In this document: positions 43,701 to 53,064 of the stretch, piece by piece
How the letters are laid out: every line of letters starts with the position of its first letter
How positions within the stretch are numbered: the stretch's first letter is position 1
Source of the DNA: an uncultured delta proteobacterium
GTDB lineage: Bacteria > Myxococcota_A > Polyangia > Polyangiales > Polyangiaceae
Reading direction: 5' to 3'
Assembly (NCBI GenBank): GCA_963850305.1
Contig: CAWKKR010000005.1
Span: 288,001-352,000, forward strand
Length of the DNA: 64,000 nt
The notes under the pieces: model-generated
What the model was told of the DNA's origin: nothing
Database searches by the model: none
Seen by the model: only the letters and a program-made list of their open reading frames with translations
Position numbers and translations under genes: made by a program

Positions 43701-45978
43701 CGAAGGGGACGACGAAGAGGTGAGCCGTATGACGCGGCACCTCGCCGAAGTGCTTGCGGACAAGCTGGACCGCGGGGAAGAAGCCATGCTGGCGCTGGCG
43801 CCCGTCGCCGAACAAGGGGACGTGGAGTGCCGCGCGGCGTTCGTCGAGCTCGGAGATCGGCTCGACAAGAAGAAGCTCGTCGCGACGAAACTCGTCGAGT
43901 GGTTCGGCCATGCCCCGCCGTCTCCAAAGCGCGACGAGGAACTGAATGGGGCGTTCGATCGCTTCGTGGAGGTCGGGGCGGACGCCGAGGCGGCGTCGAT
44001 CGGCAAGGAGCTTGCCCGGCTGAGGGTGGCCAGAAAGGATGTCGCGGCACGCCTCGAAGAAATCGCAGTGCGCCTCAGGGATCTGGACGCCCTGGCCGTG
44101 AGTCACGACCTCATCGTCCGCGAGCTCAGCGGAGCGTCGCGCGCGGAAGAGATGGTCCGTCAGGCCGAGGTTCTCGTGCGGGCAGGAGTCGATCCCCTCG
44201 AAGCGGTGCAGCACGGGGAACAGGCGCTGACGAGTGTCGCCCCCGATGATGTCGGTGCGCTCCTCGCGCGTCTCGGGAAGCTCGTCGACGCTCCCGGGCA
44301 CGTCATCGACCTGTACGAGCGTCAGGTCGCGCGATGCAAGGCGCCGACGGATCGCCTCAACGCGCTGGCGAGAGCGGCGCAGATCGCCGCGGAACGTGAC
44401 GCGCTCGACCGCTCGCGCGGCTTTTTCGATATTGCACTGGCTGCGGGCGTTCAGGAAGAAACCCTCGGGACGCTCGAAAACGCCGCGCGCGCTACCGACG
44501 AGGCCCGCCGCAGCACGACGCTTCGGACGACACTCGCGGAGGCGCTTGCTGCGGGCGGGCAGGGATCGCGAGATGGCGGGCGCACGCGTGGCGCGTTGCT
44601 CAGGCGCGCGGCGCGCATGGTTCATCGGGAGCTCGGTGATCGCGAGCGTGCGTTTGCGTGGCTCGGCGACGCGCTCGTCACGCACGTCGAGGACGCAGCT
44701 CTCGATGCCCTGACGGATCTCGCGACGGAAGTCGGCGATCTGGGGCGCGCGGAGTCCGTGCTGACGCGCGCGCTCGGCGAGGTCTTCGACGGGCCGCTGG
44801 TTCGCAAACTGCTGGGGCGTCGCGCGGCGTTGCGCACGGAGTCCCTCGACAACAAACCGGGAGCCGCGGAGGACCTGAAGCGGCTTCACGAGCTTTCGCC
44901 GGCAGACACTGACGTCATGGACAAGCTGTCGGCGCTCTACACGGACCTCGGCGACTACCGCGGAATGGTCCAGCTGTATGAGGATCAGATCCTCCGAGGT
45001 CGTGATCAGGGCCAGCGAGCGGAGCTCGCTCGTAAAGTGGCTCGGCTTTGGGAAGAGCGACTCGACGACGCTCGCGAGGCGGCGGACGCGTGGCGTCGGG
45101 TTCTCAGAATGAAGGCTGGAGACGCGGAGGCAACCGCAGGGCTCGAGCGGGCGAAGTCCAACATGCTCAAAAAGCCGTCGCCGGACGACGGCGAGCCGGC
45201 GCCGACGAGGAAGGCCGCAACGTCGGTCGAGACCGTTCCCTCCACGGATCGTGTTCCTGAGGCGCCCGTCGCCGCGATGAGCTCCGAGGCCGTGCCGGAG
45301 GCGAAGGAGTCGCCCGAAGGAAAGCCCGCGCCCGTTGGCGCTGCCGCCGTGTCGGAAGGCGGGAGCGGCCCGGTTCCAGCGAACGAACCCGAGCCGGCGC
45401 CAACGCCGCCTGAAGAAGAAGCATCCGCATCGACCGAAGCAAGCCCGCGTGGGGGGACACCGTCGCCAACGCCTCCGGTCGTTGTTGCGGCGGTAGCCGC
45501 GCCAGGCCCGTCCGAACCCAACGGCGCAGCGGCGACTGAATCCGACGAGACGGATGTGGACTTCTCGGAGACGGCGCAGCCAGCGCCCCCGCCCGTGTCC
45601 CGCGGGTCCAGGCGACCGCCGCCGCCGCCCCTTCGCGCGTCGCGGCCTCCACCGCCTCCGAGTCGAACGGGATCGTTGCCGCCGCCGCCGCCACGCGGGC
45701 CGGGCATCTCCGGGCGCACGCCGCTCGCGCCACCGGCCCGTTCTGCACCGCCGCCTCCACCATCGCTCCGGGCGTCGCGTCCGCCCGTGCCTCCGTCGCG
45801 AGTCGGGCCTGTTTCGGCTCGTCCGGCGCCCCCCCCGCTGGCGTCCATCGAGAAGACCCTCGGTTCCACGAATTTCGATGATCGACCAAGCGATGCCACG
45901 GAGGTCAGGCTGCCTCCGGGCCTTCGGAAGTCGGAAGAAGAGGCCGAGGAAATCGAGGACGACGAACTCTTCGAGTGA
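40753..45978 (+). CDS. Giant TPR protein with Pro-rich tail
   Basis: About 1740 aa; many A...Y..AL..DP repeats; Pro-rich then acidic C-terminus. Confidence 0.88.
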   Translation: MDPRDMDALVQRLVQNPHDQDAILYAHSAGQQDPRAYAMLLEKVGTATADPALASHWLTEAANVWVLSLNDAHRAARALMIAIDRDPTQPAPAERLAELYQEKGDTKALAALLERRAKALAPLSQRDPSMRAHVASIHEELGRLWSEPPLGNPSKAIENYRRALDYDPSSQYSIYAIREAYKADGQTADAIPYYALEQSLVDDPERKVSLFADEAEARKSIGDIDGALAALENARRVEPGDPALKQQLATLVLERVREGEPVDENWKAVGAQLFVELSEEYPGEHGYAYSTCALEILPGHDRAVQLAIYYGDQLGRGGEVAPHAASYLKANPNGALAAEARRAAGGSAPRAAVPVAKAGAPQAGRSTGTHQAAAVRRTASRPAPSAADRTIDDLDAVEDDEEEIEADSEPPEPDVDAIDALVTKAQQLAAKNRKNEAAGIYRDVLKSDPTNSEALAFLQGHLKQSRKFGDLRDLLLRATRSKDADHELRVGWFREIAGLSETQLRDFDTAIQAWQELLSLDPAEPQAREQLRRLLERANRWDELTQLLEQEADQEADVEVRIALEKQLAKLHEAKRKDVTAAGRAWARIATLTPEDDAAVTTALKLFEKAERLDLAAQVIADNVGGISDETARGGLYRKLGELRRASGDLVGAGDAFSDAARVAPDSAGWEAAEQAYAAAEAWVQAGAAANERAQLAKSPKQQAALYAVEADYLVRGGDVEAAIIRLDQAVDVDPTSDEIAARLEQRLNDAERAGDVAQLLLRRAQKHPDKAARVELRKRAAKIQRETLGDPTLARESLELLLEDGDDADALSLLAEDAEERGELSDAVDYLARLVRATPDRKAQIPVVLQQARILSEGVKDADAAVEHYRRVLEEFDPTNVEALGALANLEEQRGNHADAARALEQLLKIAARPEQKVEIAGRLATLYENELGDARSALGALNIVHDADPDDFQAVQRIVDLAERLEEWGIVAEHTARLVEVEGDDEEVSRMTRHLAEVLADKLDRGEEAMLALAPVAEQGDVECRAAFVELGDRLDKKKLVATKLVEWFGHAPPSPKRDEELNGAFDRFVEVGADAEAASIGKELARLRVARKDVAARLEEIAVRLRDLDALAVSHDLIVRELSGASRAEEMVRQAEVLVRAGVDPLEAVQHGEQALTSVAPDDVGALLARLGKLVDAPGHVIDLYERQVARCKAPTDRLNALARAAQIAAERDALDRSRGFFDIALAAGVQEETLGTLENAARATDEARRSTTLRTTLAEALAAGGQGSRDGGRTRGALLRRAARMVHRELGDRERAFAWLGDALVTHVEDAALDALTDLATEVGDLGRAESVLTRALGEVFDGPLVRKLLGRRAALRTESLDNKPGAAEDLKRLHELSPADTDVMDKLSALYTDLGDYRGMVQLYEDQILRGRDQGQRAELARKVARLWEERLDDAREAADAWRRVLRMKAGDAEATAGLERAKSNMLKKPSPDDGEPAPTRKAATSVETVPSTDRVPEAPVAAMSSEAVPEAKESPEGKPAPVGAAAVSEGGSGPVPANEPEPAPTPPEEEASASTEASPRGGTPSPTPPVVVAAVAAPGPSEPNGAAATESDETDVDFSETAQPAPPPVSRGSRRPPPPPLRASRPPPPPSRTGSLPPPPPRGPGISGRTPLAPPARSAPPPPPSLRASRPPVPPSRVGPVSARPAPPPLASIEKTLGSTNFDDRPSDATEVRLPPGLRKSEEEAEEIEDDELFE

Positions 45979-45984
45979 CCTGGT

Positions 45985-46914
45985 TCAGCGCTCCGCAGAG
46001 CCGACCTGAAATGCTCCTGCTCCGCCGTCCACCCGGGCGGGCATACCGAGGTGTAGCGGATCGTTGCACCGACCATGGCCCCCGGGGAACCCGGCAACGA
46101 CTGGTACTCTCAATATCTCCAGCCGCTCGCGCAGCACTGATTCGATCGGCACCCCGTGTCTGCCAGGCGCCGCGTCCGTGAACTCACCGACGACGACGGC
46201 GGCCACGTCATCGAAGGCTCCCGCGGAGATCAATGCAGTCAACATGCGATCGACGCGGTACGGCGCCTCGGCGATATCTTCGATGAAAAGGACGGCGCCC
46301 CGTGGGACCCGAAGCCTTCCCGCCGCGGCGCAAGTGAAAAGGACCGTCAAGTTGCCCCCAAATACCGGACCCACCGCCGTGCCTCCGCGGTAAGGCACGA
46401 GGTTCGACCAGGACCTGAGGCGCTCGGGGTGTTCGATGGCGGCAACCCAATCCTGCCGGGCCTGGCCGTCTTCGCGGCCGAGGCCCGCGAGATTGTGAGC
46501 GTGCAGCGACGCGACGCACCTTCGGCTAGCTTCCACGTGAAGAGCCGTGATGTCGGAAAAGCCGACAATCCACTTCGGGTGGTCACGCAGAGCCGCCACG
46601 TCAACGGCATGGGCGATCCGCGTGAGGCCGTACCCACCTCGAGCGGCTACGATGGCGCGCGCCTTCGGGTCCCTGAGCGCCGCGTCGAGCTCGGAGGCCC
46701 TGCGGAAATCCGAGCCTGCCAGAAACCCCTCGCGGGCAAAGAGCCCTTGGCCAAATCGCACCTCGTACCGTTCCGCGAGCCACCCGAGGCCCCGAAGCAC
46801 GAGCGTGCGGTCGAAAGGCCCCGAGGGTGCTACCACATGCACGCGGTCTCCGGGGCGGAGGGCGTCAGGAACCATCACTTTGCCGATCGTCGCCAAGCGC
46901 GTCCCATCCGGCAA
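45985..46914 (-). CDS. LD-carboxypeptidase (S66)
   Basis: ARGGYG, GFSDIT, GGNL, FIEDI, GH; start uncertain. Confidence 0.92.
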   Translation of the reverse strand: MPDGTRLATIGKVMVPDALRPGDRVHVVAPSGPFDRTLVLRGLGWLAERYEVRFGQGLFAREGFLAGSDFRRASELDAALRDPKARAIVAARGGYGLTRIAHAVDVAALRDHPKWIVGFSDITALHVEASRRCVASLHAHNLAGLGREDGQARQDWVAAIEHPERLRSWSNLVPYRGGTAVGPVFGGNLTVLFTCAAAGRLRVPRGAVLFIEDIAEAPYRVDRMLTALISAGAFDDVAAVVVGEFTDAAPGRHGVPIESVLRERLEILRVPVVAGFPGGHGRCNDPLHLGMPARVDGGAGAFQVGSAER

Positions 46915-46941
46915 AGAAGCCGCGTATTGTCGGCGGGTCCG

Positions 46942-47868
46942 ATGAATCGACAGAGCGCCATTTCACGTCTCTCGAACATCGCGGTCAACGACGTGTTTCC
47001 GCTCGCGCGGCAGCTCGTACGGCGGACGCGGCGAGCGGTCGACGACCTCGCGCTGCGGACGCTTGGTCCTGATTTCGAGGAGCGCGCCGCGCGCGTTCGC
47101 GCCCGTTACGATCGGATGGGAGGCGATCCATTCGGTCTCGACCCCGACTTTACCAAGTACATCTCGATGGGAGCGGCCGTCTTTCATCGCCTCTACTTTC
47201 GCGCGACGGTGCACGGCGCGCACAACGTGCCGGAGGGTCGCGCGCTCCTGATCTCGAACCACTCCGGGCAACTACCGATCGACGGCATGATCATCGGGAT
47301 GTCCATGTTCATGGACGCCGAACCTCCCCGGATGGTTCGAGCGATGGTGGAGAAGTGGGTGCAGACACTGCCCTTCGTGTCCATGCTGTTCAATCGAACG
47401 GGGCAGGTCGTGGGTGTGCCCGAGAACTGCGCGCGGCTCCTCGAGCAGGAGGAGCTGATTCTCGCCTTCCCCGAGGGAACACGCGGCATCTCGAAGCCGT
47501 TCACTCGACGCTACCAGCTCGAGGAGTTCGGCCTTGGCTTCATGCGGCTGGCGATCGAGACGCGGTCGCCAATCGTTCCCGTTGCCGTGATTGGCGCCGA
47601 GGAGCAGTTCATCAACGTCGGGAACCTCGACTGGCTGGCGAGGGCGCTCGGCGTCCCCGTGCTGCCGATCGTCCCGCAGTTCCTGATTCCCGGAGGGATG
47701 ATGCCCCTGCCGACGAAATACCACGTGTACTTCGGCGAACCGATGCATTTTGACGGCGACGCGGACGACGATGACTCGATAATCGAAGAAAAGGTGTGGC
47801 TCGTGCGCCAGACGATTCAGAGCATGATCAACCGTGGGCTCAAAGAGCGAAAGAGTCTCTTCTTTTGA
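46942..47868 (+). CDS. PlsC-like acyltransferase
   Basis: NHSGQLPID, FPEG. Confidence 0.9.
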   Translation: MNRQSAISRLSNIAVNDVFPLARQLVRRTRRAVDDLALRTLGPDFEERAARVRARYDRMGGDPFGLDPDFTKYISMGAAVFHRLYFRATVHGAHNVPEGRALLISNHSGQLPIDGMIIGMSMFMDAEPPRMVRAMVEKWVQTLPFVSMLFNRTGQVVGVPENCARLLEQEELILAFPEGTRGISKPFTRRYQLEEFGLGFMRLAIETRSPIVPVAVIGAEEQFINVGNLDWLARALGVPVLPIVPQFLIPGGMMPLPTKYHVYFGEPMHFDGDADDDDSIIEEKVWLVRQTIQSMINRGLKERKSLFF

Positions 47869-48917
47869 TGGAAGATCAAGGCGACAACGGAGAGCCCACC
47901 GAAGGCGAGCCGCGGGCGATCGAACGGCGGCAGAGACGGTCTCGACGAAGTTCCGACCTGCTCGCGCCCGAGCTGTTGGATCGTATGAGCACCGGGGCCG
48001 TCGTAGTCACGGGTATCTGCGGTCGGCTCGGCCGTCGCGTCGCGCGCTTCTTGCATCGAGACCGCGCCGTCATCGGCCTCGACCGGCGTCCATTCCCCGA
48101 TCGGCCGAAGGATATCGAGCACTGTCAGATCGATCTTCGACGAAAAAAGGCAAAGGAGGTCTTCAGAAACCGCAAGATTGCGGCTCTCGTTCACCTCGGC
48201 GTGATGCACGATCCCCGTGACAGCGGCGAGGACCATCACACGTGGAATGTGGTCGGGTTCCAGAAGCTGCTCGAATACGCGAGGCAGTCAGACGTGCCGA
48301 AGGTCGTCCTTCTGTCGAGCGCGAACGTTTACGGCCCGCGCCCCGACAATCCACAGTTTCTGACGGAGGACGCACCCCTCCTGGCGGCGAGTGCCTTCAG
48401 CGAAATGCGCGATCTCGTCGAACTCGACATGCTGGCGCAGTCCTTCTTCTGGAAGCATCCGAACACGGAGACGGTGATTCTGAGGCCGGCTCACATTCTC
48501 GGAACGGTGAGGAACGCGCCGAGCAACTACCTCCGGCTACCAGTCGTCCCCACTCTCATGGGCTTCGACCCGATGATGCAGGCGGTCCATCAGGACGACG
48601 TCGTCTCTGCGATTCGCCTCGCGCTCCGGCCTGGCGTTCGCGGAATCTTCAATGTTGCCGGACCGCCGCCGCTGCCCCTTTCGCACGCGGTTCAGATGCT
48701 CGAGCGCGGGCAACTACCAGTGCCACACTCGGTGGCGCGCGTGACGCTCGATCGACTCTGGAAGATGCGTCTTACCTCGTTTCCGGCGCCAGAGCTCGAC
48801 TTCATCCGTTATGTTTGTATGGTGGACGACTCACGCGCACGTCAGGTGCTCGGATACGTCCACGGTCATGGAATCGAAGAAACGCTGCGCGCCGTGGATC
48901 AGGAGCGATGGCTGTGA
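47868..48917 (+). CDS. NAD-dependent epimerase/dehydratase family
   Basis: VTGICGRLG, SSANVYG, VHQDDV, GIFNVAG; TGATG overlap. Confidence 0.88.
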   Translation: MEDQGDNGEPTEGEPRAIERRQRRSRRSSDLLAPELLDRMSTGAVVVTGICGRLGRRVARFLHRDRAVIGLDRRPFPDRPKDIEHCQIDLRRKKAKEVFRNRKIAALVHLGVMHDPRDSGEDHHTWNVVGFQKLLEYARQSDVPKVVLLSSANVYGPRPDNPQFLTEDAPLLAASAFSEMRDLVELDMLAQSFFWKHPNTETVILRPAHILGTVRNAPSNYLRLPVVPTLMGFDPMMQAVHQDDVVSAIRLALRPGVRGIFNVAGPPPLPLSHAVQMLERGQLPVPHSVARVTLDRLWKMRLTSFPAPELDFIRYVCMVDDSRARQVLGYVHGHGIEETLRAVDQERWL

Positions 48918-49150
48918 ACCTCCGGGCGTTCGGCTCAGGAGGAGCGGTGGTGTTTGCGTGTTGCTCCCTCTATGGCTGCGCGCCTCACGCGCTCGGTCTC
49001 CCACCGGGACCATCCCCCGAATACGAGCGTCCGATGGTACCGGTGCCGGATGGAGGGGCGCGGCAGCCGCCCCAGTCGGCCCGGGACGGCGGGAGCGCGC
49101 AGAAGCAAACACAATTCGACCATGCGCGGTTTGTCGTCGGGGTGCGTTGA
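48914..49150 (+). CDS. Small hypothetical lipoprotein
   Basis: GTGA-coupled start; LYGC lipobox; PPGPSPEYERP. Confidence 0.5.
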   Translation: MNLRAFGSGGAVVFACCSLYGCAPHALGLPPGPSPEYERPMVPVPDGGARQPPQSARDGGSAQKQTQFDHARFVVGVR

Positions 49151-49172
49151 GCTAGCATTCATGGGCGGAGTC

Positions 49173-50429
49173 ATGATTTCTGCGATCGACGTCAAAACGC
49201 TCGCCGAGCGCGCCAGGGCTGCCTCGAGAAGGCTGGGTCGTCTCGATCGGCGAGCGAAGGACGCCGCCTTGGCCGCGATTGCCTGCTCGTTACGCGAAAG
49301 CCGAGAACGGATCCGTGAGGCCAACGCGCGCGACATCGAGCGCGCTCGGGCAACCGGGCTACCCGCGGCGATGCTCGAGCGACTCGACATGGGACCGAAG
49401 GTGCTCGAATCCACCGCAAAGGGGGTCGAGCACGTGATCACGCTTCCCGACCCCGTCGGGAGTCGCGCCGGGATGCAACGCCTCGAGAACGGTCTGCTGG
49501 TTGGCAAGCAACGGCTCCCACTGGGCGTCATCGCGATGGTGTACGAGTCTCGTCCAAACGTGACCGTGGACGCAGCGGCACTCTGTTTGAAGGCAGGCAA
49601 CGCGGTGCTCTTGCGGGGCGGCAAGGAGGCGGTCGAAACGAACGCCGTTCTCGGGGACGTTCTTCGCGGCGCGCTCGAAGCGTCCGGCCTTCCAGCGGAC
49701 GCCGTCGGCATCGTGCCGGCCGGGGATCACGGGTCCATCAAGGAGCTCATCGGTCTCTCCGGGCTCGTGGACGTCGTGATCCCTCGCGGTGGGGAAGGTC
49801 TCATCCGGTTCGTCGCGGAGAACGCACGCGTTCCCGTTCTGAACCACTTCAAAGGTGTCTGTCACCTGTTCGTCGACGATGGCTCGAGTGTCGACATGGC
49901 CGTTGCGCTAGCCCTGAACGGCAAGGCGCAGCGGCCCGGTGTGTGCAACGCGCTCGAATGCCTGCTGGTACACGAGGGCGTCGCCGCGTCGCACCTGCCG
50001 AAGGTCGCAGCGGCGCTGATCGATCGCGGCGTCGAAATTCGAGGGTGCCCGCGGACGGTCGAGCTCGTTCCTGGCGCCGTTCGCGCCTCCGAAGAAGACT
50101 GGGGCAGGGAATTCCTGGATTTGATTCTTGCCGTCCGCATCGTCCCTGGTCTGGACGCCGCGATCGAACACATCGAGCGATACGGATCGAATCACACCGA
50201 GGCGATCTGCACCGACAGTCACTCGCGGGCGCAGCGCTTCTTGCGAGAGGTCGACGCGAGCTGTGTTCTCGTCAACGCCTCCACTCGCTTCAACGATGGT
50301 GGCCAGCTCGGGCTCGGCGCGGAAATCGGAATTTCCACCACGAAGTTGCACGCCTACGGACCGATGGGGTTGGAGGGGCTCACTGCAGAAAAGTGGATCG
50401 TGCTGGGCGAGGGGCAGGTGAGAGGTTGA
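49173..50429 (+). CDS. proA: Glutamate-5-semialdehyde dehydrogenase
   Basis: YESRPNVT, LRGGKEA, PRGG, GVCNA, NASTRFNDG, GAEIGIST. Confidence 0.97.
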   Translation: MISAIDVKTLAERARAASRRLGRLDRRAKDAALAAIACSLRESRERIREANARDIERARATGLPAAMLERLDMGPKVLESTAKGVEHVITLPDPVGSRAGMQRLENGLLVGKQRLPLGVIAMVYESRPNVTVDAAALCLKAGNAVLLRGGKEAVETNAVLGDVLRGALEASGLPADAVGIVPAGDHGSIKELIGLSGLVDVVIPRGGEGLIRFVAENARVPVLNHFKGVCHLFVDDGSSVDMAVALALNGKAQRPGVCNALECLLVHEGVAASHLPKVAAALIDRGVEIRGCPRTVELVPGAVRASEEDWGREFLDLILAVRIVPGLDAAIEHIERYGSNHTEAICTDSHSRAQRFLREVDASCVLVNASTRFNDGGQLGLGAEIGISTTKLHAYGPMGLEGLTAEKWIVLGEGQVRG

Positions 50430-50436
50430 GCCCTTG

Positions 50437-50910
50437 GTGACGACCAAGAAAGCGTTGCGGAAAAGCTCCGCGTCCGTTCGACCGCGGGGGATCCCGCGCC
50501 CACCGCGGAAGGCGCGCCCGGAGTCGTCGCGTCCCGTCGGAAGTCGCGACGCGAGCGCGAAGCTTGCGCTGCTCGCCGCCGAAGCGGGACTCGACAAGAA
50601 GGCGGCGGCGATCGAGATCGTGGATGTCTGCGGCAAGGTGGACTACGCAGATTTTTTGGTGCTCATGACGGGTTCGAGCGATCGTCACGTCGCAGCCATT
50701 GCTGATGCGGTCGAGGAATTTCTCGGCAAGCACGGCGCGCAGTCCATCTCGATGGAGGGCCGCATGGCGGCGAGCTGGGTGCTCATCGATTTCGTCGACA
50801 TCGTCGTGCACGTGTTTCAGCGCGAGGCGCGTGCAGTCTACGATCTCGACGGACTCTGGATGGACGCGAGTCGATTGCCGCTTCCAGGTTTGCGCGCCGA
50901 CGAAACGTGA
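50437..50910 (+). CDS. rsfS: Ribosome silencing factor
   Basis: DKKA, RHVAAIAD, WVLIDF.DIVVHVF, YDLDGLW. Confidence 0.95.
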   Translation: MTTKKALRKSSASVRPRGIPRPPRKARPESSRPVGSRDASAKLALLAAEAGLDKKAAAIEIVDVCGKVDYADFLVLMTGSSDRHVAAIADAVEEFLGKHGAQSISMEGRMAASWVLIDFVDIVVHVFQREARAVYDLDGLWMDASRLPLPGLRADET

Positions 50911-51332
50911 GGATCGTCATCGTAGCCGTCGGCAAGCTGCGGGAAGCGCCGCTCCGTGCCGTGGCGGACGACTATTTCGCGCGAATTCGTCGCTACACGG
51001 CGTGCGAGGAGCGCGAGGTGAAATCGTCCGACGGCCTGGCGGCGAAGATCCCGGAGGGTTCAACCGTCGTCGCGCTCGAGATCTTCGGTGAATCCTTGAC
51101 GAGCACCGCTCTGTCCAGGCGCGTGGACGAATGGTCGCGTCGCAACAAGGGAATCGTCACCTTTCTCATCGGGGGTGCCGATGGGATCCCCGCGGGCGTC
51201 TCGCGACGAGCGGATGCACAAGTCAGCCTATCGACGCTGACGTTGCCACATCGTCTCGTCCGCGTGATACTTGCCGAGCAAATCTACCGTGCGATGACCC
51301 TGCTTCGAGGGGAACCCTACGCACGAGAATGA
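50907..51332 (+). CDS. rlmH: 23S rRNA m3-pseudouridine-1915 methyltransferase
   Basis: AVGK, FLIGGADG, TLPHRL, EQIYRA, GEPY. Confidence 0.95.
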   Translation: MRIVIVAVGKLREAPLRAVADDYFARIRRYTACEEREVKSSDGLAAKIPEGSTVVALEIFGESLTSTALSRRVDEWSRRNKGIVTFLIGGADGIPAGVSRRADAQVSLSTLTLPHRLVRVILAEQIYRAMTLLRGEPYARE

Positions 51333-52120
51333 CCCGTCGGGGCGTCGCGCCGGCCGAAGACGTAAGCGACGCCGATGGAGATGGCGTACAGCATGCACAA
51401 CGGAACGGCGAGAATCAGCTGGCTCAGCGGATCTGGAGGCGTGATGATCGCCGCGATGACGAAGGCGACGACGATGAAGACGCGCGTGAACTTGATCAAA
51501 TGATGATGCGTCACGAGCCCAGCGATCGAGAGGAAAAATACTAGCACGGGCAACTCGAATACCGCTCCGAACGCGACGAGCATCCGGGAGACGAACTCGA
51601 TGTACTCGTCGACCATGACCGCCGGCTCGACGACGATGTCAGGACCGATCTTTCCGCTGAAGCTCAGCAGATATTGAAATGCGACGGGAAAAGCAAAGCG
51701 CCATCCGAACCAAGCTCCGAAGGCAAACAAGCCGCAGGAGCTCACGACGAAGGGTATGGCATAACGCTTTTCTCGCTTGTAAAGGCCGGGAGAGACGAAG
51801 GCCCAGACCTGATAGAGCATGATGGGGAGCGAGACGAGCAGCCCGCCGATGACGGCCAGTTTCACGTAAGCGACGAACAACGACTGCGGCGCGGGAAAGT
51901 GAAGCTCCGCTTTGCCACCGAGTGTCGTTCCGTTCCATGCCCGGACGAACGGTCGCGTCAACCACGTGAGCATTCGCTCGCGCTCGTGCCACGCGAGCGC
52001 TGCGCCCGTCACGAAGGAGAAAGCCATGTAGATGAGTCGCTGGCGGAGTTCCTCCAGGTGCTCCCAGATCGTCATCGCGCCTTCCGCGGGCGGCGCGGCG
52101 TCTCGAGACTCTGCGCTCAC
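51317..52120 (-). CDS. tatC: Twin-arginine translocase subunit C
   Basis: HLEELR, WAFVSPGLY, FELP, ITPPD. Confidence 0.96.
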   Translation of the reverse strand: MSAESRDAAPPAEGAMTIWEHLEELRQRLIYMAFSFVTGAALAWHERERMLTWLTRPFVRAWNGTTLGGKAELHFPAPQSLFVAYVKLAVIGGLLVSLPIMLYQVWAFVSPGLYKREKRYAIPFVVSSCGLFAFGAWFGWRFAFPVAFQYLLSFSGKIGPDIVVEPAVMVDEYIEFVSRMLVAFGAVFELPVLVFFLSIAGLVTHHHLIKFTRVFIVVAFVIAAIITPPDPLSQLILAVPLCMLYAISIGVAYVFGRRDAPTGHSRA

Positions 52121-52614
52121 ACGGATTCTTTCACGCTGCCGACGTGTGCACTCGACGAAGACGTGCCCGTCGCCGTGTCGGGAACAGGCGCCGTGAATCG
52201 GGACGTGTCGCTTTCGTCAGCGGAGGTGGAGATCGCAACGAGGTCTTCGGGGATGGCGCCGTAGGAGTCAGGGCCTTCCACCGGGTACTCGCGGAGCCGA
52301 TCGAAGGCCGTTGCCTCGCCGTAGGCGTCGAGGGCTCCGTCTGTCGGGCGTACGGCATCGGCCGCGGTGTACCGGTGCATGCCGATGACGTCGCCCTGGA
52401 TCATGGCGCGGAGTTCGGAGAGACCTCCGGCAAGACCTTCGCTGCGAAGGATTTCATCGATACCCGTCTGTCGCCGGACCTCGGTCGTCATGCGCCGAAG
52501 GCGGCCCACCCATTGGCCGAGCGTAGTGAGGATCTCGGGAAGCCGCCGCGGGCCAACAACGACCAGAGCGACGACCGCGATCAGCACGACTTCACCGAGT
52601 GAGACACCGAACAC
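52117..52614 (-). CDS. tatB: Twin-arginine translocase subunit B
   Basis: FGVSLGEVVLIAVVALVVVGPRRLP. Confidence 0.9.
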   Translation of the reverse strand: MFGVSLGEVVLIAVVALVVVGPRRLPEILTTLGQWVGRLRRMTTEVRRQTGIDEILRSEGLAGGLSELRAMIQGDVIGMHRYTAADAVRPTDGALDAYGEATAFDRLREYPVEGPDSYGAIPEDLVAISTSADESDTSRFTAPVPDTATGTSSSSAHVGSVKESV

Positions 52615-52689
52615 GCGCGAACGCTACCTCGCGACGCGCGATGGAGCAATCTGTGACGCGACGAGCCAGATATGTCTCTCGGGGGGATT

Positions 52690-52818
52690 TCAGCGCTTTG
52701 CGCGCTTCTTCAAGCGATCGATTTCCGCGCGAACGGCGCGCGAGCCCATCGCGTAGCCAAGAATCACCCCGACCAGGAGCACGCCAGGGATGTAAACGAT
52801 GTGCTCGACCGTCGGCAA
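52690..52818 (-). CDS. 42-aa single-TM protein (not in ORF track)
   Basis: TTG 3 nt after ccmD stop; (M)PTVEHIVYIPGVLLVGVILGYAMGSRAVRAEIDRLKKRAKR*. Confidence 0.7.
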   Translation of the reverse strand: MPTVEHIVYIPGVLLVGVILGYAMGSRAVRAEIDRLKKRAKR

Positions 52819-52821
52819 CGC

Positions 52822-53064
52822 TCAGGTCTTTTCCATTGCGTTGCGCACCGCCTTGTCCAGCGTCGCTAGTTTCTCTTCGATGCGAACCTGACGCCGCCAG
52901 GTGAGCCACAGGAACCCAATCAGAGCAGCCCACATGAGTAGGTATGCAGCCACCAGCAAGTGCGTCGCGCTCGAAGCCTCGCCCCCGCCGGCGACCGGAA
53001 TGAACTGCGTGGCCCGCTCCGCCGGAGTGCCCTGCAAGGGAACGTGGGCCAGGAGATTCGTCAT
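52822..53064 (-). CDS. ccmD: CcmD-family protein
   Basis: LVAAYLLMW...WRRQ plus coiled tail; ATGA-coupled to ccmC. Confidence 0.75.
   Translation of the reverse strand: MTNLLAHVPLQGTPAERATQFIPVAGGGEASSATHLLVAAYLLMWAALIGFLWLTWRRQVRIEEKLATLDKAVRNAMEKT

Noticed and set aside
49173..51332. Missing nadD between proA and rsfS
   Set aside because: Common gene-order variation with no remnant visible
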